In this document: piece after piece, positions 53,114-61,376 of the stretch
How the letters are laid out: each line of letters opens with the position of its first letter
How positions within the stretch are numbered: the stretch's first letter is position 1
From: Candidatus Scatocola faecipullorum
GTDB taxonomy: Bacteria > Pseudomonadota > Alphaproteobacteria > RF32 > CAG-239
Length of the DNA: 61,376 nt
Direction: 5' to 3'
NCBI GenBank assembly: GCA_018714685.1
Contig: DVNC01000036.1
Location: 1-61,376, forward strand
Made by a program: the position numbers and the translations under genes
Notes under the pieces: model-generated
Database searches by the model: none
Told to the model about the DNA's origin: nothing
The model's input: only the letters and a program-made list of their open reading frames with translations

Positions 53114-55237
53114 TTAATTCGGCTTATTGTTGTCTTTCGGGCTGTCGCCTTCTTTCTTGCCCTCATTGTCTTTTTTGTCTGCGTCTTTATTGTCTTTGTT
53201 GGCATCTTTGCCGCCGTTTACCCGGTTTTTGACAAAGTTGACGGCCCCGCCGGCAACGGCTCCGGCAGCCCGTGTCGCCTGATGAGTGACAACGCCGCCG
53301 GCAAAAGACGCGGCCTGAGTGACCTTGTTTTTTACAAAGGCGGTCATCTGGGTTGCTTTCATGTGCATCGGAGAGGCATCACCGAATGTGCTGTCGTTAA
53401 AGAATTTTCCGACATAACCGGTAACCGTGGCGCCGATCATTTTAATGCTGTAAACATAAGCAAACATAATCAGGATAAAGTTTGCGCCTGAAATGGAAAA
53501 GGTGTTGGAAACCCATTCCGCATCGCCGGCCTTGATTTTGGCATAGAAAGTCGTCAAATCGCCTAATGACACGCTTATCAGCGATAATGCATAAGAAGTG
53601 GTCAAAGCCAGGAAAGTAAACAAAGCTGCCGAACGGAAAATAATGCTCATGCACGATGTAAACTTGCCTGATGTCGGCCCGAACGGCCAGAGACCGATAA
53701 CAATCGGCAGTGCCATAATGCAGAATCCGATTTTGAAACAAACGTCAAGCAGATAGTAACCGATACCTAAAGTCAGCATAAAACCGCAGAACCAGATAGC
53801 GGCACCGCACAGCCAAATCCAGAGGTCAGGAATACGGATAGTGACGTTAACACCGAATAATCCGCCAGTATATTCCAACATGCCTGCATTAAAAGAGTGG
53901 CAGGTGAGGGCATGTCCGATAACCAGATTGGTGGAAACCGTCTTGTCGATTCCCTCGGTTAAAGCCATAATTTTGTTAATAACTACCGGAGAAATAATTT
54001 CTGTACCGTTATAGGTAAAGTTTGAGGTCAAAGCAACTTTGATTATTCCCTGATTTGCCGCCTGTAACAATCCCAGCCCGTAGTCGGCACCGGCCAGCAG
54101 CAAAGGATTGACGAACAGGTCAACAATGGCGCCGATCCCCACGTTAATTACGATATAGGCGGCGGCAACCTTGAACATGAAGATCAGCAGTGTGTTGAGA
54201 ATGCTCATCGGTTCTTGGTTGGTAAAAGCCGAGACAAGCTTCAGGGCAAATGCGGCCAGCCACAACATTGATCCGATAACCAACACCTTGCTTCCGGCTT
54301 CTCTGGTTAAATCATAAACTTTACCGCAGGCATTCATAAACGTCGTAATCAGCGTCATGATAATTTTGCAGGAATAACAGGTGGACTGATACATCTTCTG
54401 CATGTCGGGAATACTGCAAGCCGAATTGTCCCCGCGTTTTACCGTTATGCCGTCCTCTTCGGTTGTGTTTTTCCCTGTTTCATCAGTCTTAACCGTATAA
54501 GAAGAAAATCCGGCTGTTGTTGTAACAACGGTACTGGTATCCGTACCCTTTTCTACAGGTTTCTGTTTTTCTCCAAATAAAGGTTTTTTCACATCTTCAG
54601 ACTTTTTACATGTATAAGATAATGTTGATGAAGAATATGAACCTCCCGTCCCTTGAACTGACACACTGTAGCTGGAGTAGCATTCCATACCTTCCGGACA
54701 TCCTCGCGGATATTCGCTGCCGCAAGGTTGATATTCTCCGGCTGCAACGGCACGCTTATGCTCAGCTAATTCTTCGGCACGTGCAAACTCTAATTCCGTG
54801 TTTAATTTTTCATATTCCGCTTTTAAGCTGTCGTATTCATTTTTAAAACTGGGGTTTTGAGCAATAATTTTATCAAATCTTTGGTTATATTCGTCAACAG
54901 TTTCCTGTTTCCATCCCCAGTCAAAAGATTGAGTTGGAAATACATTTGTATCTACTTTTTCACCATTATCTTCTCTTTGTTCTAAGTGTTTTGCTAATTT
55001 TTCGCAAAAATTTTTTAATTTTGTTGTGGCTGCATTAACTTCATTAACCTTTTGCTGCGTTTTTTGAGTGTCCAAAGGCTCAAAAGCTTTTTCTCCTTTG
55101 GAACGGCCTTGATAAGCAGAGCCGCATGTTTCTTCAGTAAAATTTATCGTCCAAGCATTAACCGGGCGGATAACGCTAAGGGAAAGAAATCCTGCCAGAA
55201 AGAAGTTAAAAATATGTTTGAGGAGTTTATCAGTCAT
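53114..55237 (-). CDS. virB6: VirB6/TrbL-like protein 3 with an AT-rich N-terminal cargo domain
   Basis: Signal peptide, ~250-aa soluble domain, CYSC, multiple TMs, YYLLD..F...ALPI.IGLWPFGPT. Confidence 0.7.
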   Translation of the reverse strand: MTDKLLKHIFNFFLAGFLSLSVIRPVNAWTINFTEETCGSAYQGRSKGEKAFEPLDTQKTQQKVNEVNAATTKLKNFCEKLAKHLEQREDNGEKVDTNVFPTQSFDWGWKQETVDEYNQRFDKIIAQNPSFKNEYDSLKAEYEKLNTELEFARAEELAEHKRAVAAGEYQPCGSEYPRGCPEGMECYSSYSVSVQGTGGSYSSSTLSYTCKKSEDVKKPLFGEKQKPVEKGTDTSTVVTTTAGFSSYTVKTDETGKNTTEEDGITVKRGDNSACSIPDMQKMYQSTCYSCKIIMTLITTFMNACGKVYDLTREAGSKVLVIGSMLWLAAFALKLVSAFTNQEPMSILNTLLIFMFKVAAAYIVINVGIGAIVDLFVNPLLLAGADYGLGLLQAANQGIIKVALTSNFTYNGTEIISPVVINKIMALTEGIDKTVSTNLVIGHALTCHSFNAGMLEYTGGLFGVNVTIRIPDLWIWLCGAAIWFCGFMLTLGIGYYLLDVCFKIGFCIMALPIVIGLWPFGPTSGKFTSCMSIIFRSAALFTFLALTTSYALSLISVSLGDLTTFYAKIKAGDAEWVSNTFSISGANFILIMFAYVYSIKMIGATVTGYVGKFFNDSTFGDASPMHMKATQMTAFVKNKVTQAASFAGGVVTHQATRAAGAVAGGAVNFVKNRVNGGKDANKDNKDADKKDNEGKKEGDSPKDNNKPN

Positions 55238-55239
55238 TT

Positions 55240-56565
55240 TTACCTCCCCCGCAAACTGTTCATTTTGTTTTTGAACGAAGCGACTTTGGCTTTTCCGTTC
55301 TGAACTTTTTCAATAATTTTGCGTCCGGCGGCGACCTTGCTGACGGCGGCAACTGCACCGGCGGTAAAGATACTGCCCAGAACTTTGGCTGCACCGATAA
55401 TAACTGCTTTGGCTTTGGCGTTAAAGCTGCCTTTTGAGCTGCCGCCGACCAGAGAATCGGTTACCTGCTGCGCCAGCTGAACGGAAGAAGCAATCAGAAA
55501 ACCGATCATCAGCAGGCACATAAACGGAATGCTGAATTCTTTGAAATCTTTATCCGTGCCGTTTTCAAAAATGTCGGCATTGTCGATGATAATTTGCTCC
55601 AAAGCCAGCATGGCAATTGCAATCATAATTGCCATAAACATCATAAATGCGGCAGAATTCAAAATGGTGACAAAGCCTTGCGACAGCCATTTTTTAGTTG
55701 GTCCGAAAGGATATCCCATAATCAAAATCGGCAGCATAACCACCATAATCGTAAATCTGAAAATAGTGTCAACCAGATAAAAGACAAATCCGAGTTTGAC
55801 GAAAGTAAAGCAGGCGATAATCATCAGACCGATAATCGTGGCCATAAAGCCCGGAGCTTTCAAGACCTTATAAGCCATTGCCAGTCCCAGATTCATCCGG
55901 TCATTCATGGCACAGACCATGCATTTCATCATCTCTTTCGGCGATTCGGGGAAACCGCTCAAATCGGCATTGGCAACAGCGTCGGACAATTTGCAGATAA
56001 TAGATTTGCCTGCGGTAAAACTAAATCCGAAAACTTTTATGGAATTGGCCTTGCTGTCGCTGAGCGAGGCATGAGCCAGCAATTCGCTTGAAAATTCCAG
56101 AAACGCATTATAAACCGGAAAAATAATGTCATTCATGAAGAACAGCAGCTGCTGTGGGGATGATGCCACATAACCGCAGGCAAAACAAAGGAAGAATTTT
56201 CGGGCAATTTCGGTCCAGGTCTCTCCGATGTTTTCTTCGGTAAACGAACTGACATGTTTCAGCAGGCGGATAGAAAGCCAAACCGCAAAGGCAACCATCA
56301 TGAAAGTCAGGGCGCCGGAAGTAATCTTGTTATAGGTTCCCATTGCCACTTTGCCCATGTTGTCATAAAGCAGTTCAATGATAGAGTCCTGCCAGCATGT
56401 TGCCTGATCTTGCGCGATGCTCTGTTCATCAACGTCCCCTTTTACGGCTGCCCGCGATGTATCCGGGTTTTTATCGTCATTGGCACAGGCGGTAAGCATG
56501 AACATAGAGACTGCAACCACCAGCAGCAGTTTCAAAACTCGTCCTATGTCAATACTTTTCCACAT
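55240..56565 (-). CDS. virB6: VirB6/TrbL-like protein 2 (lipoprotein signal, minimal form)
   Basis: Lipobox MLTAC, CWQD, multiple TMs, FYLVDTIFRF...LPILIMGYPFGPTKKWL. Confidence 0.72.
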   Translation of the reverse strand: MWKSIDIGRVLKLLLVVAVSMFMLTACANDDKNPDTSRAAVKGDVDEQSIAQDQATCWQDSIIELLYDNMGKVAMGTYNKITSGALTFMMVAFAVWLSIRLLKHVSSFTEENIGETWTEIARKFFLCFACGYVASSPQQLLFFMNDIIFPVYNAFLEFSSELLAHASLSDSKANSIKVFGFSFTAGKSIICKLSDAVANADLSGFPESPKEMMKCMVCAMNDRMNLGLAMAYKVLKAPGFMATIIGLMIIACFTFVKLGFVFYLVDTIFRFTIMVVMLPILIMGYPFGPTKKWLSQGFVTILNSAAFMMFMAIMIAIAMLALEQIIIDNADIFENGTDKDFKEFSIPFMCLLMIGFLIASSVQLAQQVTDSLVGGSSKGSFNAKAKAVIIGAAKVLGSIFTAGAVAAVSKVAAGRKIIEKVQNGKAKVASFKNKMNSLRGR

Positions 56566-56589
56566 TGTCGTTACTCTGTTATAAAATAA

Positions 56590-59427
56590 TTATTTTTTCG
56601 GGTTGCGTTTTTTCATTTCGTCTTGAACATATTGGTTCTTGTAACGCTCATTCTCCTGTTTTATGGCATCCAGCTCGCTTTGAGCCTTTTGAGTGTCGGC
56701 TTTAGCCTTGTTATAGGCGGCTTCGGCTTTGACGGCCTCTTCAAACTGAGCGTTTGCCAGGTTTTCAAAGTTCTTTTTCTGAGCCGGGTCAGAGGCGGAC
56801 TGAGCCTTTTTCAGGTAGTCATCGGCTCTGCGGTTATGATAATTCATTTTACCCTGAGCTTCGTTTTCCGCTTTTTTGTTGCGGGCAACTTCTGCCGTCT
56901 GGTTTTGAATCATCTGCCGGCCGGCTCTGCCGTTGGCGGTGTTGTTGTAATCACTTTCCAGCTGCTGTCTCATTTGCTCGGGTGTCTGTTGCGGCGTCTG
57001 AGTCTGCTGCGCATCCGCCTGATTTCCGTGCGGTGTTCCGCCTTGAGCGGCACCGCCTTGCGGGGTTGACGGATTCGTCGGTGTTTGCGGCGAAGGTGTT
57101 GCCGGTTGCTGCGACCGCGGTCCGGCCTGCTGCATCTTCTTGATTTGATTCTCACCGCCATCACCCAAGGCACTATGAGAGAGAGGATTACTTTTTATTT
57201 CATTTTGTGCTGTTTGATTCTGAGCATTGGAAAGAGTTGGATTCGATTTATTTTGTAAAGCACCTCCATCACCTAAAGCAGAATGAGCTAAAGGATTCGT
57301 TTTTGCTCGAAGTGCAGCTTTATTTCCGGCAGCGCCGCTGCGGCGTCCTAAGCCGACAGCACCCCAAACTTTATCTTTCGCCCAATCTCTGCCTTTGTTG
57401 ACAACATTGGTAAGCCCGGTTTTGTCACTGACGGCTTTAGCCGCGCCGAGACCTGTCTTAAGGGTTCCCTGAACGCCTTTTGTCGCAGCACCATAAGCCA
57501 GACCGCCGATGTTGGCACCGATTTTCGGTCCGCCGCCGCCGGCCATGGTTCCGGCCAAATCAGAAGCTTGTCCGGTCAGTTTAAAGGCAAACAGACAGCA
57601 GGCAACCAAGACCAGGAAGCCGGCAAAGCCGATATCCAGTAATTCTTTGAGTTCTTGAACGTTATTACCGTTCAAGGCTTTCATAATGGCATCAAATCCG
57701 CCTTTGGAACCGGTTAATCCCTGTCCCAGCAATTCAACGTTGATACTGACGACCAATCCCATGAAAACATAAACGAAGAATGTGTTCATAAAGATACCCC
57801 AGCCTTTGCTCGTATAGTTGCGGGTTGCCTTAAACGGCCAGCAGGCGATCAGGAACGGCATCAAAGCGCCGATAATGCCCAGCTGAATTGTCGCATCAAT
57901 CAGATAGAAAGCAAAAGCCAAAGAGATAATCCAGCCCATGACCCAAATGGCAAATCCTTGGAACATCATGCCGAAATCCCACAAAACGTTGCGGACCGGT
58001 CCGATACTCTCTTTACCGGCATTGCGGGCAACGCACATTAAAGACGAACCGACGCTCTGCGGAACGGCCACTTCGGCTTGTACGGCTTTGATAAAGCAAT
58101 CCAGATTGGTGTAAAGGTATGCCGGCATAACCCCGTTTGACACGCCCTGAAGCGTTTTTGAAACGTCACAGGCCGCCAGATAGCTGTCGTTTTTAGCAAA
58201 CAGCAGACTTGAACCGAATTCAAAGCCGGCTTTAAGTACGGGGCCCACAATGTAGCCGTAAACAATATTGGCGTTTTTTAACATATAATAAGCTACCAGA
58301 ACCTTAAACATATTGACCAGCAGCTCGGTTACGAATTTGGGTGCATCCTGCTTGGTAAACGAACTGACGTTTTTCAAAACCATAAAAGCAATCACAATGG
58401 CAAAACCAATCAGCATCACATTGGCTAACGGCCCGGCCAGTTTGTCATAAGCTTTGGTGGACATGCTTTGTGCCGCATTGAAAATCGTTTTAAATAACGG
58501 GCAGTAAATACAGCTTCTGGATTCTGCCAGCTTGGCCGGCAACGGCACACAACCGCGGGTAACGCCGGTAATGGACTGGAATTTGTCGCCCTCCATTATG
58601 AAATAATATTCAGCAAGGATAATGGGGTTGCCATCTTTGTCTTTACCCATGACAGTATATTTATAAAGAGATTGCCCGGCCTTAATGGTTGTCTGCATGC
58701 TGTTAAGTTCTTCGACTTTCTGATCAAGTTGCTGTGCTGTAGAAAGTGCAGATTTGCCAAGTTCATGAAGTTTTTGAGCTACGGCATTGTATTCTTGGAC
58801 GACACTGAGGGCCTTTTGCAGGGCTTGTTTCTGTTTCTCATCTTTGGCTTCCACATTAGTAATACTGGAAGCATCAATAGTTTTCGTATTGGAAATCAGT
58901 TGCTGTGTGGACCATGTATAGCTGCCGTTAATCAAGCGTCTCAGCGAATCCGGATCTTCGGCATAGTTTTTTGCCGCCATGGATCCTACTGCCAGAACTA
59001 TACCGCCGATAACCAATCCCACACCCCCGGTGCCGATTGCCAGACCGACAGCACCGATAATGGCAAGGGCACCGCCGATAATTGCCGTCTTTTCAAAACC
59101 ATCCAGCTCTTTTTGCACTTCTCCAACTTTTTTTTGCAATTCTTCAATCTGTTTCTGATAGCCTTCAATCCCTTCCATATTTTTTTTGTATTTATCTTGG
59201 AGACCTTTAATCTCAGAAAGCAGGTTACCGCGGATTTTGGCTAATTCTTCATTTTTTAATTTTTCTGCATGGGTGCCGTTGTCGTCGGGTGTCATCAGGC
59301 GATTGATTGTTTCATTAACCTCTTTGCTGACAGCTTCGTTTTCAGCAAAAGCATTGCCCGGAGCAGACAGCATCCAGGTTCCGAGCACTAACAGGGAGGT
59401 ATATTTTATAAACTTATTTATCGTCAT
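56590..59427 (-). CDS. virB6: VirB6/TrbL-like protein 1 with an N-terminal coiled coil/Gly-rich hydrophobic hairpin and a long C-terminal tail
   Basis: Probable start MTINK at 59427 (GGAGG RBS), signal peptide AFA, CIYC, FYLIDATIQL...LMPFLIACWPFKATRNYTSKGW, and a TrbL-like Gly/Ala tail. NPL(A/S)HSALGDGG is duplicated at a 108-bp spacing. Confidence 0.75.
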   Translation of the reverse strand: MTINKFIKYTSLLVLGTWMLSAPGNAFAENEAVSKEVNETINRLMTPDDNGTHAEKLKNEELAKIRGNLLSEIKGLQDKYKKNMEGIEGYQKQIEELQKKVGEVQKELDGFEKTAIIGGALAIIGAVGLAIGTGGVGLVIGGIVLAVGSMAAKNYAEDPDSLRRLINGSYTWSTQQLISNTKTIDASSITNVEAKDEKQKQALQKALSVVQEYNAVAQKLHELGKSALSTAQQLDQKVEELNSMQTTIKAGQSLYKYTVMGKDKDGNPIILAEYYFIMEGDKFQSITGVTRGCVPLPAKLAESRSCIYCPLFKTIFNAAQSMSTKAYDKLAGPLANVMLIGFAIVIAFMVLKNVSSFTKQDAPKFVTELLVNMFKVLVAYYMLKNANIVYGYIVGPVLKAGFEFGSSLLFAKNDSYLAACDVSKTLQGVSNGVMPAYLYTNLDCFIKAVQAEVAVPQSVGSSLMCVARNAGKESIGPVRNVLWDFGMMFQGFAIWVMGWIISLAFAFYLIDATIQLGIIGALMPFLIACWPFKATRNYTSKGWGIFMNTFFVYVFMGLVVSINVELLGQGLTGSKGGFDAIMKALNGNNVQELKELLDIGFAGFLVLVACCLFAFKLTGQASDLAGTMAGGGGPKIGANIGGLAYGAATKGVQGTLKTGLGAAKAVSDKTGLTNVVNKGRDWAKDKVWGAVGLGRRSGAAGNKAALRAKTNPLAHSALGDGGALQNKSNPTLSNAQNQTAQNEIKSNPLSHSALGDGGENQIKKMQQAGPRSQQPATPSPQTPTNPSTPQGGAAQGGTPHGNQADAQQTQTPQQTPEQMRQQLESDYNNTANGRAGRQMIQNQTAEVARNKKAENEAQGKMNYHNRRADDYLKKAQSASDPAQKKNFENLANAQFEEAVKAEAAYNKAKADTQKAQSELDAIKQENERYKNQYVQDEMKKRNPKK

Positions 59428-59608
59428 CGTCGTCTCCTCCGGCAAAAGGATTGCCCAGAACTTTTATTGCAATAATAAATACAACCGCCACCAGAGCTAA
59501 TGCGCCCCAAAAGGCATAACGAGAGGTAAACCAGCCGAAGAAGTCAATATAATAGGCTCCGATAATGGCCATAAAGATGATTATGTTTACCAGTATTGCT
59601 CTCATCAT
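59414..59608 (-). CDS. Small two-TM membrane protein heading the virB6-like operon
   Basis: 64 aa, two hydrophobic helices, RBS GAGG, overlaps the start of the next gene. Confidence 0.7.
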   Translation of the reverse strand: MMRAILVNIIIFMAIIGAYYIDFFGWFTSRYAFWGALALVAVVFIIAIKVLGNPFAGGDDDDDK

Positions 59609-59705
59609 ATCCTCGGTTTTTTAAAGCTTCTGCTTCATGCTATCTCTATTCTAGCATATAAAAGTAAAAAAATTTGTTACAGTTTTTTGATTTTTTCGCC
59701 ATGTT

Positions 59706-60548
59706 TCAGAACTTGCCCTGATTCAAAAATTTGACGCACCTGCGAACAACTTCTTCATTTTTAAAAGGATTAAAAAACGTATTTTTTATCGTAATTGTTT
59801 GTTTGACGTCTTTTAGTTCGGCATCTTCGCCGCTTCCCAGCATTTGCCGCCATTTTTCGGGCAGCAGGAACAGGATTCGTTTCCACACCGGCACGCAATT
59901 GATAATGCCGACTTGCTGAGGATTCTCAAACGGCGGAAGGCGTTTGGCCGCTTCCGGCGTAACATCTTTCAGAATCGGTCCCAGAACCCGTTGAAAAAGC
60001 CGGTATTTGTCCAACAGCTTAAACAGAGTGCTTCCCTGATTCGGAGGGCTGACCTCTACAATCCGGTTGAGCTTTATTTTGTGCCGCCACGGCGAATCAA
60101 ACGAAAGCAATTTCCTTAAAATGACGCCGCCGATACCGTTTGTTACAAAAGAAACTTCCTGTACGTCTTCCAGATGATTCATAAAAAAGTCAAGCTGGCG
60201 AATGTGTCCGTCGATTCTCTTGCGGGTGGAAGGATAGTTGATTGCCGCGGCCATATAGCCGTTTTTCAGCGCCTCTCGCCACAAAGGCTTGAAGATGTTT
60301 TTGCTTTCGCCGAGTCCGTGCAGCATAATAACCATATGTCCCTTCTGCCGCGAAAGCTGGAAGACTTCAATATATTTAAGAAAAGCACGCCGGCAGTTCT
60401 CAAAACGGCCTTCCGCGCGCCGAATGTCCCAGTTATCCAGGAGCCGGTATTGTTTCGTCTTATAATTTCTCTGGATTCGCCACTTTTGATAAAAAAAGAC
60501 GTCTTCCCAGAATTGGCTGCCGCCCAGAGTAAAAAAGTCGAATCGCAT
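59706..60548 (-). CDS. Alpha/beta-hydrolase-fold (lipase/PGAP1-like) protein, apparently catalytically degenerate
   Basis: MLHGL, INYPS, SPPNQGS. The nucleophile elbow reads FVTNGIGG where active family members have FVTHSMGG. Confidence 0.75.
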   Translation of the reverse strand: MRFDFFTLGGSQFWEDVFFYQKWRIQRNYKTKQYRLLDNWDIRRAEGRFENCRRAFLKYIEVFQLSRQKGHMVIMLHGLGESKNIFKPLWREALKNGYMAAAINYPSTRKRIDGHIRQLDFFMNHLEDVQEVSFVTNGIGGVILRKLLSFDSPWRHKIKLNRIVEVSPPNQGSTLFKLLDKYRLFQRVLGPILKDVTPEAAKRLPPFENPQQVGIINCVPVWKRILFLLPEKWRQMLGSGEDAELKDVKQTITIKNTFFNPFKNEEVVRRCVKFLNQGKF

Positions 60549-60565
60549 CGGTTAAGACTCCTGAA

Positions 60566-61003
60566 TCAGTTCTTTTGTGTAACGCCGGTGTCATTCGGAA
60601 TTGCCGTGATTGTCACCAGCGATTCGTCGCCGCCCAGCCGCTCAATCAGAATTTGAATTGCCCTGCGGTCGCGCAAGTAAGTCATATGGCTGATTTTTGC
60701 GCGCACAACCGCCACTTCCGACCAACGCAGCTTCGGCATTTCGGAAACGTAGAAATCATAAATGCTGTTGGCTGAAAAAGGAGTCGAAAAAATCAAACTG
60801 CCGCTCCAGTTCTGCCCGCTGCCCAGAGTTCTGGTCTCACCCATATCTATATAAGAGGGTTCCGGAAACGGAACATCGGGAAAACTTGCAAACGCCGGCG
60901 GAACTTCGGAACCGTCGACTCCTTTTAATATCGGCTTCTCCTGATTCCCGCAAGCCGAAAGGATTACAACTAAAGTTAGAGCTAAGATACTGTTTTTTAA
61001 CAT
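60566..61003 (-). CDS. Hypothetical lipoprotein
   Basis: 145 aa, lipobox ILSAC, FPDVPFP...GSGQNWSGSL...YDFYVSEMP..RW. Confidence 0.8.
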   Translation of the reverse strand: MLKNSILALTLVVILSACGNQEKPILKGVDGSEVPPAFASFPDVPFPEPSYIDMGETRTLGSGQNWSGSLIFSTPFSANSIYDFYVSEMPKLRWSEVAVVRAKISHMTYLRDRRAIQILIERLGGDESLVTITAIPNDTGVTQKN

Positions 61004-61139
61004 AAATGCTACCTTGTTATCTTTTTTCGTTATGCTATATTGAACCTATAGTAAGGCGATAAGGTTAAAAAAAAGGAAACAAACCCTCGTTTTCCTTTCA
61101 AAAAACATGCACAAAAAATTATCCTCTAATCAATGAGTT

Positions 61140-61376
61140 AGAAAAAATGTGAAAAAAAATCAAATTTTTTTGCTTTTTTGTGTTGACATCTTGCTTGGGT
61201 TGTCCTATAAACCACTTCGCCGACACGGTAACGGTGCTTCACTTAAAACACCAACCGAATGGCAGTTATAGAACAGAGTGAATAAGAAGAAAAAAGAGGA
61301 TACGCAGACGGTATTTAGTATTGAGAAAATATGAATAAAGTCTGAAGTATTCAAAGGAACCAAAGAAATTCTTTTA
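61140..61376 (+). promoter_or_regulatory. Strong sigma70 promoter with UP-like A/T tracts, probably an rRNA operon promoter/leader
   Basis: TTGACA (61183-88), 17-bp spacer, TATAAA (61206-11), then C-rich CCACTTCGCCG and a non-coding leader to the window end. No rRNA sequence is visible in the window. Confidence 0.6.

Noticed and set aside
61212-61376. tRNA or rRNA gene at the right end
   Set aside because: No cloverleaf or conserved 16S 5' sequence is present within the window.

Overview
This 61 kb window looks like chromosomal DNA, probably from an uncultured alphaproteobacterium (inference), and is almost entirely one envelope-machine island. (1) 237-12733 (-): a type IVb-like pilus operon in R64 pil gene order (pilL/tcpQ-like, pilN secretin, pilO, pilP, pilQ ATPase, pilR platform, a PilS-fold protein, a major pilin with an atypical G|RSMVE site), plus a PilT-like ATPase. 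(2) 13096-42187 (+): a divergently transcribed, heavily modified VirB-type T4SS. It has three VirB2-family pilins (one embedded in a 916-aa protein), virB3, virB4, four secreted helical proteins in the virB5 position, two virB8, a virB7-like lipoprotein, a VirB9-SPOR fusion, a 1305-aa anchored repeat protein, a ~1730-aa repeat-extended VirB10 and virB11. (3) 42219-61003 (-): a second, divergent secretin-like lipoprotein, an acidic WEY-repeat protein, a double-HTH XRE regulator and four tandem VirB6/TrbL-like proteins with different cargo domains. One cargo is an M23 peptidase plus a VgrG3-type lysozyme-like domain; another is a coiled coil with a glycine-rich hydrophobic hairpin. The window ends in a strong sigma70 promoter that looks like an rRNA operon promoter. 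I see no coupling protein, relaxase, integrase, transposase or prepilin peptidase. My best hypothesis is a non-conjugative, contact-dependent attach-and-breach apparatus (T4bP + T4SS) aimed at other cells, possibly bacteria. All family assignments come from recognising motifs by eye; no searches were run.
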